Assembly: GCF_001949145.1 (NCBI RefSeq)
Contig: NW_019091355.1
Coordinates: forward strand, 3,082,646 to 3,146,645
DNA: 64,000 nucleotides
From: Acanthaster planci
Lineage: Eukaryota
Direction: 5' to 3'
Part shown: in pieces, positions 26,346 to 38,225 of the stretch
Position numbering within the stretch: the first letter of the stretch is position 1
Layout: the number at the start of each line of letters is the position of its first letter
Program-made: the position numbers and the translations under genes
Notes under the pieces: generated by a model
Databases searched by the model: none
Told to the model about the DNA's origin: nothing
The model's input: only the letters and a program-made list of their open reading frames with translations

Positions 26346-28735
26346 TCACATTAGTGAAGATACTGTCCAGGGCTTGTCGAAAGACGACTACGTTTACGTC
26401 CACATTTTCATTTGATATATTGTCAGTGCTCTTCCAGACCCCCAGCGATGATGCGCTTTTGTTACTGGCAGTCCTCTCGGTGAAAGAAGGTAAAAGAGCC
26501 ACCCCCACCTTGTTGGAAAAGGCTGTCCACGCCCCCGCTCCTCCTGTGCATCCATCCATTCGGTTGATTGCTATGTACAGCGTGCCGTCATCAACCAGGC
26601 GGACCGCCGGCAGGATGATGGATGGATTTGATCAAGGGGTGGCTCGTTTCCGAGCCACTTGTGTTAGCGTGAATTTCCCCTCCACTTCGCCTGAGGGCAA
26701 TCAGCATTTTTCCCCCGTCTCACCCTTTCTTTCTCTTCTCTCTCTATTTCTCCCTCACAAATGACCCAGATGCTTCGGTCCTGCACTGTCATCATCCAGC
26801 TACCCTCTTACTCTGCAAAACATTAAAAAAGGGGAAAAGCAACTACCAATATCGGCAATGACCATCGACCCCGGTCTTAATCATCCAATGAACTATCACC
26901 GCCTTGCGCGCACACATGCAAAGCAGGTAAGGCCTCTACAATTTTCCCGCCAAACGCGTCCTGCGGGCTATTAACGGAATTCCCGCTCGGCACAGCGAGG
27001 ACCACCACGGCGCCTTGTCCCCCATTTTCACTGTTCCACTTTTTTTTTAATTTAGAGAATTGCCATTGCTCCTCTACGGGATTTTTTTTTTTAGGTTTTG
27101 CTTGGAATTGCTTTAGTAGGCTTCAAAGTGAGCAACGAAGGATGATGGAACGCTGCATGTTACCTTTCGTAGCAATTATCTTATTGCCGGAGCTATTCTC
27201 ATCGTTGACGAGAGATGATACACTTTGCGGAGGCACAGGAAGGCGTGACTCTGTTCAAGAGATACAGATCAGTAGCGTAATTAAGTGCCCTTCACCACCT
27301 AGAATCTGAATTCGTTTTCCTGTGACTATCGAGTTTGTTTGGCAGATATACCATTGTAGGAACCTGCAAGTAATATCGCCCAAGACTGATAGCTCACCGG
27401 CCATTCAGCCCCCATACTGTCACCTTTAATGAAAACGCTGTCCTCGAAACCTAAGTGCACTGGAAAAGGCTGCACATTTTTATACCAGGCCACAAGAAAC
27501 GACAATGTGAGCCATTAGCGCAAATAACCAGAGTATTGATACACTGTGCAATCGTACACGTAAGCTGTCCTCGAGTCTTACGACAATTAATGTGGATTAC
27601 AAAGAGCGGCGTTCTGGAAACTTCATTCCCCAGATAAAGAAGAAAGTCCTATTTAGACTAATACATCGCAATTTGGGGAGAAGATCCTTTCAGTAAAGTT
27701 CTCCGCAATTCCTTTTCGATGTAACTGGTTCCTGTTGTCACTAACTGTGTCTGTATTCTTTGTCGCAAGGTTTTGCACCTGTCACAATATCAGGTGCACT
27801 TCAATTATGATCGAGGTCCTTTTTGGCGCAAACTCTTTGAAGTTTGGTATCACACTTCTTCGGGTTGTTCTCCGTGGTTGTATTTAGCCGGTATTTTTGT
27901 CAAACAAGAACAATACACAGCGCGCCGTTTACGCTTTAAACGGTACCGTTGCATTTTTACCTTCGGAATACAAGTCACAGTTGTATCCCCATTATGAAGT
28001 ATAAACCCGAAGACACTAGTCATACAGACCAACAGCAAATGGGCCGGATAATCATCTGTTATTTTTACGCGGTTGATTTCATCACAGGGGCTGGCCGCGG
28101 CCGATGTAGGATGTCTCGTTGGACGCGTACTCATGGGCGCAACATTACACAGCCTGGCCAGCCATGCATGCGTTCGGATCCAGGTTTGGTCTGGCATGTT
28201 ATACCAACTGAAGATGAAATCCTATTAACGGTCTCCATACACAGGCGGTGACAGGCTGTGAAACGTTGGTTCAATGGTTGGCCTATACGCCATAAGGCCA
28301 CTTTCCCGGCCTCCATTTTCCTTCCCCAAGCTTTTGTGTTTCACGTTAACGAATGCCGAATTTGTAATTTAAAGAGCTCAGTGACTATATAATTTTAACA
28401 GAGGCGTAAATTTTAATTTCACTTCGACAAAATTTAAAGAAAACAATGAAATTCGCTTGTATTATTGGCGAACAAAGATGGCGCAGGTGGCCTCAGTGTG
28501 TGGACGCCTCCAATTTGTCCATTTCCACCGGGACCTTACTGGGCATCCAAGTATTTTGCTGCGTATTTTAATCTGGTTTCGATGGTACAGTTTATTCTGT
28601 GATGCCCACATGTAAGGTCTGCGATTCAACTACTGACTTGGTAAAGTCCATGGTTTGGTACTTCCGATGATGCGTTGACTCGAACCAAAGCAGTCGGTAG
28701 AGCTTATACAGCTCTTGGCATAGAGCCGAGGATCT

Positions 28736-28793
28736 TTTTGCCAAGCCAGGGTGGTCAAACAGCCTTTTGCCAAGCCAGGGTGGTCAAACAGCC
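28736..28793. repeat. Perfect 29-bp tandem duplication plus partial third unit
   Basis: TTTTGCCAAGCCAGGGTGGTCAAACAGCC x2, followed by CTTTGGCAACC. Confidence 0.95.
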
Positions 28794-29599
28794 CTTTGGC
28801 AACCGCTGTAGGTTCATTGTGAATCTTTGGCCAAAGATAACCCGTAACAGTCTTGAAAAGAAAATAGGACCCGCGCAGCAAACATCATGATAGAACTGAC
28901 AATAACGATGAGCCTTTGCAGTTGTAAGCTTATGCCTCCTAGTTGGGCTGAAGGGACTCTAAGTACTCGACCCAAACCAAGGCTGCTCCGGACATTCTTT
29001 GACGGTGAAGGAACGTTTCCACCCAGGCCTGTAGAGCTGTGACAAGCAGACATCCTTAGAGCAACACATTCCAGGGCCTATAGTTGTGCCTTCCATCGGT
29101 TCTTGGAAACTGAAGGCTGATCAACTTTCTAAAAAGGCTAGTCGAGAGCGTGAATCCTCTGGTATCTTAGTGGTACTTCATACTTCGTACTTAGTGGCAC
29201 CTAGAGCAATCAGGAAATCAGTATGATCAAGAAGCCCAAAGTTAAGTGTCTACGCTTAGTTTGCTTCCCGAGTTCGAAACCACGTTTGCGAGCCTCGGAA
29301 ACTGCGACATACATTCGTCATACGAAAAGATGGGTCAGCGGATGCATTGGCTAACACGTCAGGTCAACCTACTCGCTACGGCCTTCTCAGAGAGTGATAT
29401 AAGAAGCCAGGAAACTATATACTTTTCTTGCTTTTTGTACTTTTGAGCCAGGGCAATCAAAATACCTTGAGGGACAGTGTTGGCCAATTTCCTGTAGTCT
29501 CTGGAAAGCCACCACGGTATGTCCCGAAGCAGCCGCACGTTTTAAGATACCACATCAAAGTCGCAAACAGCATTGTCTGAAGAATCCTTCGGGAAGGTT

Positions 29600-30330
29600 C
29601 TCGAAAGCCTCTACGACAGACGTGTCTGTCTAAATGTCTTCTTCATGTTCATGAGGGCCCATGAGTTCGTAATTGTCACAGCAGTCCCCACATAAACTAT
29701 ACTAAAACCAGCTGAATCGAGAAACTTTTGAACGAGGGTGTAAGTTTTTTGCCATTGACCCAGGCTCTTGAGCAGTCTAACCCAAGGGAAAAAGATAAGA
29801 CCCCTGACCCTTAGACTAACTCGTCAGTTCATGGTCTCCTTGACTTTAAAACTCGACACAAATTGTACAGGTGGCCTACTGTTCTCTCTAGTAACTCCTT
29901 AGGTGGGAAGTCAGAAGTTTTCATCCCATTTGGGAGATTAAACGTGAGCCGATCATTGTTCTTGAAGTAAGCCGCCTTCTACCAAATTATACCGCCAGCT
30001 TGTTTTGGGAGAACCGAGTCATACAACCTTCTCCCAATCAGAGTAATTGACGTGCTTTTTGATCTATAGATAGGATCAATAATCAGAAGAGATCCATTTT
30101 CAAAATACGTTCTGCTGTACAGTACTTGTATTATTCTTCGAAGAAACCCTTCTACGATGTAATCCACTCTCGTAGCTTGGGTTTGACGATAAGTAGGTTA
30201 CGGGAACGCATCTCGTCGGTCATAAGCCATTAGGTTTCTCAGTCCCAAGCACTTTCAAAGCACGATTCTTATTGTTGTTCCTCATCTCGAGGCATTTCGT
30301 GTTTTCAAAGCCACCGCATATGGGGCTTTA
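29600..30330 (-). mobile_element. Possible highly degraded Penelope-like RT-thumb/GIY-YIG remnant
   Basis: Fragments in the expected order across broken frames: EMRNNN, TYRQTQAT, SDWEKV, YFKNN, CGDCCDNY. By-eye similarity only. Confidence 0.3.
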
Positions 30331-30660
30331 AGAAAGGAAAAATGAACGAGAATGGATTGGGATGGGTGCGGTCGTGATGCCAGACAACGCAAGGACACTT
30401 TTGGACGCGAACTACACAGTTCAATCACAGGTCAGTTACTTCTTAACAATGCGCTAGCCTATAGCTGGCGTAATGCAGTCTCACTGGAACTTCCGTTGTC
30501 AGACTGCTTTGCCAAATAACATCGTCTCCCACTTTTTACCGCTGCATCTTTCGATTCGTTCATTGTACAAAATGTGCCCAAACCAATGGTTCGTTGTGAA
30601 CTTACAATTACGTCCAAAAATATGACAACCAGCGGTGACCAGCGATAACCACGACCCGCG

Positions 30661-30939
30661 GGGCCCAATTTCATGGAGCTGCTTAGCAATTAGCAGAAAA
30701 GTAGTGCTTACTGGAGCGGATGATTTTGCTTATCGCTATTTCGTGTCGATGTTTGGCGTGGTTGTGCTTACCCATGCGGACGCATAAAGATTCCCATTGT
30801 TTTGTCACTAAGTTAAGCCAGTTTCTTCTTCAGGGTAAGCGTACCTTTTGTTGTGCTTACTGCTTACGGTTTTCATAAAACACGAAGAGCTACTGTCAGC
30901 GTAAAATTGTGTGCTTAGCAGCGCCAGGAAATTGGGCCC
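30661..30939. mobile_element. PIF/Harbinger-like MITE
   Basis: TIR GGGCCCAATTTCATGGAGCTGCTTAGCA vs TGCTTAGCAGCGCCAGGAAATTGGGCCC (25/28 inverted); internal TGCTTA repeats. Superfamily inferred from the GGGCCC termini. Confidence 0.8.
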
Positions 30940-33900
30940 AGGTTCCAAAGGATGGACCTAATATTTCGACTATTCATTGTTGGGGCGACATTGGTCCAAC
31001 TCGAGATAACTCAATCGTCTCTCGGACTTGACGCCATATGCAGTTCATGGTATTCGGACTCTAAAAAATAGGGACTGGTTGACAGTGCTAGGCACGACTT
31101 TGCACAGAGCAATGACATCTGTAACGAGGATGGGAGACTGGAAGTCCATAGAGAGGAAACCAAACTGGATTTGACGAGAGTCCAATATAACACTGCGAGA
31201 CGACATCATTGCGAGTGCCGTGTGTGAAAATTTCACCCAGTCTTGCCTCTTACAGTCTTTGGCGCCGTAGATAACAAGATCAACGATGGTTTTGAGACTT
31301 GTTTCTGTTACAGCGAACTGAAACCCTCCTGCAAGCTATAGTGGTAGCTTGGCGGTAGAGGGAAAAGGAGGCCACGTAGAACGACTTCATTACTATGCAC
31401 ATGAAGTGTGCGTCCTGAGCATAATATGCATAATTATGACGCACATCGTTTTACGTGGCTTCCTTTTCCGTCTGCTTAGCTGGGGTTGGCCTGTCTGTAA
31501 TTTTATTTTGCTGTCTGTTTAGAGTCTTCCTCTGCGGGTTCCATTTAGTCACTTTAAAATTTGTGATTTGGGGTGAAATTAACTCATCGCTTTGCTGTGC
31601 TCAGATGGATCGTACGCCTCCAAGTGCGTTTAACAGGGTAAATATTGCATGTTAGTTCACCCAAAAATGGGGAGAGTAATCTCTTCAGTAGCCATAGTTC
31701 CTGCTCTGTCAATTTCGTAACGAAAAAAGTATCAGTCATAACCTTGGGCAGTGTTGCACATCGAGATCTGTCATATCTCACCCCGCCATTGCGCCAAAGG
31801 GAGGCATAAAAATAGATTAAAAGGGACGAAACTCCCGGTTGCCGCCAAATGTCAACAGTAAACAAACAAATAAATTATCCGACCGACAAAGAGAGACAAG
31901 TCGTGGGGACAACCCCTTCACAAAATCGACAGCCCCCCCTCGGAAAAAGTTCAGCTTGCCGCCGCAGACGTAACGAACAAAACATCCCGGGTCGCGCATT
32001 GGCGTCAGCGCGTGTAGATTGCGTGACGATGCTACTCTGGCCACTTGTGTAAATTGTTGCTGGTGAACAAAGGGGTTGTGCCAGGGCCCGTAAATAGTGG
32101 GCATGCTCGGTGCGCAAGCTTGTGGAACCAGAGTGTTTGTACTTTTTCTTTTGCAATAGTAGGCCCCCTATACATATATCCACTGAGACAGGGGGGGGCG
32201 TTATTTTTAAACTTTTGTTCCCCTCGATAGAGACAGGATATTGCCAGCCGCGTCGAGCGCCGTTTACAGAGTTGACATTGAACCTTGACCCCGAAATTTT
32301 GTTGGGGTAAACTAACTGGAGCAATGGTGGATTGCTTTTGATTTGAGTATCCACTGTGTTTCCTTACTCTGGTCGAAAAAAGGGAAACATTTTGCCTTCC
32401 CGTCAGCTCAGAGTTTTACTTTCACTGAAGCTTCGGATTCTTCGCTTTTATTTGACAAAGTCTTGTGGCTGTGCCGGTGACTTCAGATCGCGATTGCTTG
32501 AGAACACGGAAACTGTGGCCTTTCGGCTTGAAGTGGGTCGGTGACTTCATCGATCAGGCCCTTACTTTTCAACAAGGTCCTTTAACAACACCCGTGTGTC
32601 AATTTCCTGCTGGAGGGCATGTCGAGGAAAATATCGAGAAAATAATTCGAGTCCCGGGAAAGAAATTTCGACCATCAATCAAATTCCGAATTCAACCCCG
32701 TGCAACCTCAGAGGTAAAGTAACTTCGCCGCGAAGGACAGCACTTAGCCATCTTTTGAGAATCCCACAGACTTTCCTGCGGATTTCTAATGTTCAGTGTG
32801 ACGGTTCATTGTGTGATGAGGTTTTTTGTGGAGGCTCGTACACGTCGCCATCTTCTCTCACTTCGAAATCCATACATCTGCCACTCGACGATCTACGCGA
32901 TAAGATAGGCCTGTTTTACACTTGACTCCTGTATAAAAACAGAGATGGGTACATGTAGTGTACATGAACACTTTTGTCACGTAAGCTCGTGCATGGGGCA
33001 AGCTTGTCGAAATTTATCCAGTGAGACCACCGTAACATGGAACAAGCGATTGAGAAATCGCCACGCTTGAGTGAGCGTGAAGTTTATGTGGATCTATAAA
33101 CCTAATTCCCATCGATGCAGCTTTGGGCAATACTCGGTCCAATTTTATACAAGTCCGCCTCCCTGATCTTGTGCAAATCCTACCCAAATTGCAGTCCTTG
33201 CAAATCCGGGCAAGTGGCACATTCCCCCCCCAAAAAAAAAATCAACAAAAAACAATTGACGCATGCATTTGACGACGGCCAGCCGTCACCGTCCGCAGCC
33301 TGTCCCTCAAAACATACGGTAATAATAATTATAAGTTAAGGGTCATAGTTGCAAACTTTTTGTTCCGGCACATAAGGCAGACGATCCGGGGGTAAACAAG
33401 ACGAAAACCCCGGCCAAGCCGACCCAGGGATTGAGAGAGGACCCCTTGTCGCGATAATGGCATCAGTGGAGCACGGCAGACCTTGGCTACGCATGCCCTA
33501 CCAGCCAACTTCGACTCAGCTTTACAACAAACCTACGCCTCCGGAACCAATAAAGTACACAAAGGTAAAAAAAAAGTACATACACAAACACATAACAAGT
33601 ACTCTCTCCATAAAACGAGTCAAACCACCAATGAGATGACTTTTTTTTCGAATCGGATGCAGATTAACTTGTCAATACCGCTGTAGTAAAGCAAGTAATT
33701 ACACGACAAGCTCTTCTCCAGGAAGGCCTTCAACAACTAGAAAAGTTCGCTTGTACTTTTTTGTTTCTCCGCGCATGATCGCAAACGTGGGTAAATTCGA
33801 GGGGGAGCCACAACTTTCAGCTCGCGATTGCTGAAGACACTGTTTCGCTACTTGCCCCCCGAGGAGGTTTTCGGAGCTGTCGACGGTCCGCCCCAATCGG

Positions 33901-34007
33901 TCCTGGATTCTGGATCGTCGTGATTGTCTGTACTGTGTCCGGAGTGTGGACTCAGGGTAGGGTTTCACCTGGACCAAGACGGGAGCTGCAACAGCGGACG
34001 CTCGACG

Positions 34008-34068
34008 ATGGACTTGACTCACCCATTCTACTTTCGCCACGTTCCAGCGCGTGAGAAACCACGGCGAG
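34008..34068 (+). CDS. Pax2/5/8: Candidate distal first coding exon (1a) of Pax2/5/8: MDLTHPFYFRHVPAREKPRR(G)
   Basis: acgATGG start context at 34008. Phase-1 donor GAG|GTACGG at 34069; G+GT restores the canonical [10 protein letters not shown]. Preceded by an ATG-free, GC-rich leader from ~33780 to 34007. Confidence 0.6.
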
Positions 34069-35544
34069 GTACGGCCATATTTATGCCACTCGTACTTTCT
34101 TAAGGCAAATTTAAACTCTCTGAAAATTACTTGAGAAAAGTCCAAGAACTGTGTTTAGCAATGAAACACATCCTTGCCTGCGCTCTTTAAACATGCTCAG
34201 AAGCTGAAAATTATGCGTCCAACTCCTATACACTTCAATCAAGGAACTGTCCATCAATAATGCAAGAATATTTAGTATGCAAACATGTTTAAAAACTGAA
34301 AGCAAAAAAAAACTGTTCAGAAAAGTGTTTCTTCGGTATACACGGTTTGACAGAGCGTGGTTAGATTTCCCCACTTAGTCGTATTCGCATAACTGTCAAT
34401 TTAAGTACATGTTATTTTATTTAATTTTCTTTTCTTTTTGTGTAATGTTAGACCACATCCAAGATTTGTGAGAAAGTTTGTTTTCTTTGACAGTAAAGCA
34501 CTAACCAGAAGTTGTAGCTTGATCCAAACCTATTTCAATTCGGTGTTCAGGAAAGTTACTTCTTAGCGTTAATGCGTACGGGTCACGAGCGTAGATACAA
34601 TTTGTTCGTTAATTGACGGAGTTAAAACAGACGATGCTGGATGAATTCTCTCTTAATTCCCCCCACTCCCTGATACGCAACGCGGCTGGGGGGAGGGGGG
34701 CTAGTCGTGGAGTAATGAGCACGCCGATCATCTGGCCTTCTCAACCGTCGACCGACCTCATCGTTGACAGCCCATGACTCGCTTATATATACGTCAGGCT
34801 TGTAGTCCTGAATCTCTTTTGTCATTTGCCTCGGAAACTTTGTTCTTTTGGAGCGATTATACAACCTGTTTCTCTCCACCTCCTGTATTCTTGCTGTGAG
34901 TCTTTTCCCTGTGTGTATTGCTCTCTGGGGCAGCCTTATGCAATTTTGTCCGCGCCCATTTTCAATGAATGCCTTGCATGTAATGAAAGATCTATTCCAT
35001 ATTGCACAGTCGGGGTTGACAATGGCAGTCAGTGCGCCGGCAGCAGGCATATACATGTACTTTCTGGGTGTTAGAGCTGAGCAAGCGAATAATGGCACGG
35101 TTATCACTGACCGGGCTCAGTGATGACGAGTTGCCGGGATAGTATGAAAGTAATTTGGTCCCACCTTCACAGTGTTACCATTATATTGCCTGGTGAATTC
35201 AATGTGCCTCGGCCGAAATCAGCACGGAACTAGACCGTCACGCGCACGCTCGCGTATCCTGCATGACGAAAGCGGACAGACTGCGTGCTTTTACGGATTC
35301 GAGACGTCTCTGGTTCCATCATGAATATACAGGATGTATAGGAGAGTGTGTGGAGGCGCAGTATAGCATGCTTGTTTGAAATTATTGTTCTGCAGAGCGA
35401 GCTTCCCTAATTCTTAGTCAGTCCTCTGCCGGGAATTTGAGTTTCCTTTTTGCAGCCTTCAATGTCCACATCGAGCACGATTTTGTTACATGTACTCTGC
35501 TTGCTTAAAATCCTCTTGGTATCCTTGGGCCAGTTGACAGCGTT

Positions 35545-35770
35545 TGAACACTTTTTATGCCCTCTTTTTAGACTCGTTTAACCCACGACATGTTTACTGA
35601 GATGCATTTGGAAATGTGTTGAAATGCTAAACGCTTTTCCGCGGTTCACGTTCAGTTTTGTGAAATCTGTGTAGCATTTAAACGCATTCCTGAACGCATT
35701 TCAATACAAATGCCTGAATATGTCGCTGGTGAAACGTGTTTAAAAAATGGCACTAACAAGACAAGTGTTT
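35545..35770. repeat. Degenerate long inverted repeat (old hairpin MITE)
   Basis: Left arm ...TTTTTAGACTCGTTTAACCCACGACATGTT...GGAAATGTGTTGAAATGCTA pairs imperfectly with TAGCATTTAAACGCATTCC...AATATGTCGCTGGTGAAACGTGTTTAAAAA. Confidence 0.55.
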
Positions 35771-38072
35771 AGCAATGTTTTCAAACTCTAATCGCTTTTT
35801 ACAGTATACTGCTGAAATTGATATAGTCGACTGCTTAAACATGGATGAATTAAAATAGTACATGCACTCTGTTAAGTTCAGTTCCTATAGATCCGCAGTA
35901 GTTCCGGGCATAAGTGGTGAGTGGCCGGTGCGGCTGATGACGTCTTGCCCGTGGGTAAGAGAGCAACCGAAACATACCCCCTCCCTTTGCAGCGCACTCG
36001 CCCCGAACCGACCCGTGAGCAAGCCCATCCCGTCCTCGTCCAATTCCTTTGTAGTTGCCCCTTTGCGGCATCATAGCTGACTGGATGTATAGCCCCTGGG
36101 CTTTCTTCTCCCCGGTCAAAGAAAAGAGACAGAAAGACAGCGACACAGAAAAAAAAATATCGGTCTTGTGTTTTCGATCTACATTTTCACAAGCTTGACC
36201 GCAGTTCACTTTAAAGTTACGGACCCTTTTCTGGAGTTGATTTCCCACCGACCGACCGCAGAGGTATCGCCGACCCATCTGCCCCGGAGTATGCTCGTGC
36301 GCCGTCCACTCGGCTCCCCTATCCCCCACGGATTTTCTCGCCCCGGAGCATTGATGATGACTTCTCAATCTGCGGCGTCGTGATGACATTTCCTTGTTCC
36401 ATTTTCCCCCCATTAATTTTCCTCAGTTCGCATGCCTCGCTTTCCGCTTGTCCACGTGACAAATTCCCAACTAATGTGTTTTAAATGTAACAGGCACTAA
36501 CCCCGGGTGGCATGATGTCAGTTTTGACAACAAAACATAAAAGGGAATTTTGAAATAGACAGAATAGACCGACAGAACAGTCCAATTAATTAGGCCAAGC
36601 ACAGAGAAAGTAGCATACAAATTATTAAGCACTATCTTTTCGTACATCTTCATCATGATTAAATCATCACAAAAGGCTCCATATGAACTTGAGGCTTTTA
36701 AAGTCATGAGAAAATGCCTACGTCTTTAAATAAAGAATAAGTCACGAAATCGGGTCAGTGTATTTCTTTCTTCGTTCCTAACCCGTACCAGTTCACAGAC
36801 AAGGGAAACCTGAATGGAAGTCGGCTTTGTCGGCATCCTTTGGTGTCATTTTCATGTTAAATCGATTCGGAAGTGTAAAAGGGGAATCATGATAAACCCA
36901 GCACATTCTGAGGGGAGAAAATTAGGCAGTTAAACGTGAACCACCGCGGCGCTCACAAGGTGCAAGACTCACGCTAGACTGAGCACCGATTTCCCCGAAT
37001 ATTATTGCTCGACGTTGTGTGTGCATGTGTGCGGTTCTTTCCATGTGCTGTGTGGATGGCGAGCTTTTGCCGGTTACCGTAAACCAACCGAAGCAGCCAT
37101 TCCATCTGGCGCGGTTTTTCCCCCTTGTTTCGTTCTGTACCGCCCATAGTCCCGTCTGTACGGCTAGAGAGAACAGGGTTCTGTCATCATTCGAGCATTA
37201 GGAGCTCTTGTCTGTTTCTTATATCTGCCTGTTTTGACTCGTGACGTTGTCTGTCTGGATACTAAAAGGCGGTTCTTGGTAATGTCCCTCTGCCCTGTCG
37301 TAGTCGACGGGAGTCCAAGAAAGCGCGCATCATCCGTCTTCTACAGTGGGGAAACCCACCGTCATCGACTTAGGGGGAGTGCAGTGACGCCCAGCCCAGA
37401 CCTTCTCGTGTTCTCCTCGTTCTGCACTCAGTCAGCACGGGTGGGGCGAAAGCGTCGAAGGGTCAGGGCAGCAGCAAACGGGAGCAATGACGGCTCTTCG
37501 TGTTCCGCCAGAAGAAAAAAAAACTGATCCATTTTAGTCCCAATGCAGGACTGAATTGACTGCTGTAGTGTGGCGATTAACTTGCAATTAAGGTACCATT
37601 AACCGGCGTTAATGCCTCCGGTGATCTGGGTTGTGTTGCAGTGGCGAGCCGGCCGCGGTCGCGTGGCGAGCAGACATTGGACATCGCGCCCGTGAAACTA
37701 TAACACGCGCCGCCCAGCGGGCCTCGCTGCGGGACCCCGTCGGGACCGTCTTGTTTTTTCATCAAAACCGCTGTGGAACTCGTTATTTATGGTCCGTCGG
37801 AAGAGAAAGAAGAGTCTGTGCAAGTACTTAAGAAGGAAAGTACTTCTCTTCAGGTCTGACTGCCTCCAATGGTCTGACTCTTGAAATTGAAACAATGGCT
37901 ACTATTGCAAAGGTCAAACTTTGTAGAAGGTTGATCGAGGGCTAAATATTGTAAAGCCTTCTCTGTTCCTTTGATCCTCGACTTACTTCTTCACAGAGAG
38001 TAAAAATTTAATGTCCTCATAGTATTCATTAACGGAAACAGATATCCCAGTACTGTGATTCTAACCTTCGTT

Positions 38073-38225
38073 CACATTACCACGTTGTCATCGTCCCTAT
38101 CACAATGTCGTCCGTCATCACCGTGCGCATGATTATCATGACCACTGTCACCACCGTCGTCACCGTCATAATCACCCATATCACCCATCACAGATGTCAT
38201 TTCCGCCACCCCGGTCGTCACCAAC
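38073..38225. repeat. Degenerate trinucleotide (CAC/CAT/CGT)n low-complexity tract
   Basis: ...gtcatcaccgtgcgcatgattatcatgaccactgtcaccaccgtcgtcaccgtcataatcacc... Confidence 0.75.

Noticed and set aside
26141..26764. 207-aa ORF
   Set aside because: Runs through a SINE remnant and an enhancer-like block; no recognisable domain.
28736..28804. CRISPR-like 29-bp repeats
   Set aside because: Units are directly adjacent with no spacers, and the context is eukaryotic.
29575..29615. Second hammerhead-like string CTGAAGA...hairpin...GAAA
   Set aside because: Helix II is out of register with the core, and no convincing helix III/NUH or helix I follows.
34622..35107. 161-aa minus ORF with faint GIY-YIG-like TGKRLTARIQE
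   Set aside because: Catalytic motifs are absent and the similarity is too weak to call without a search.
37374..37460. HDV-like ribozyme (P1 GAGTGCA/TGCACTC, TCCTCGT loop, GGCGAA, P2 GACGC/GCGTC)
   Set aside because: P3 does not pair around the TCCTCGT loop, there is no GG after P1 for P1.1, and the P2-to-P1' spacing (~40 nt) is far too long.
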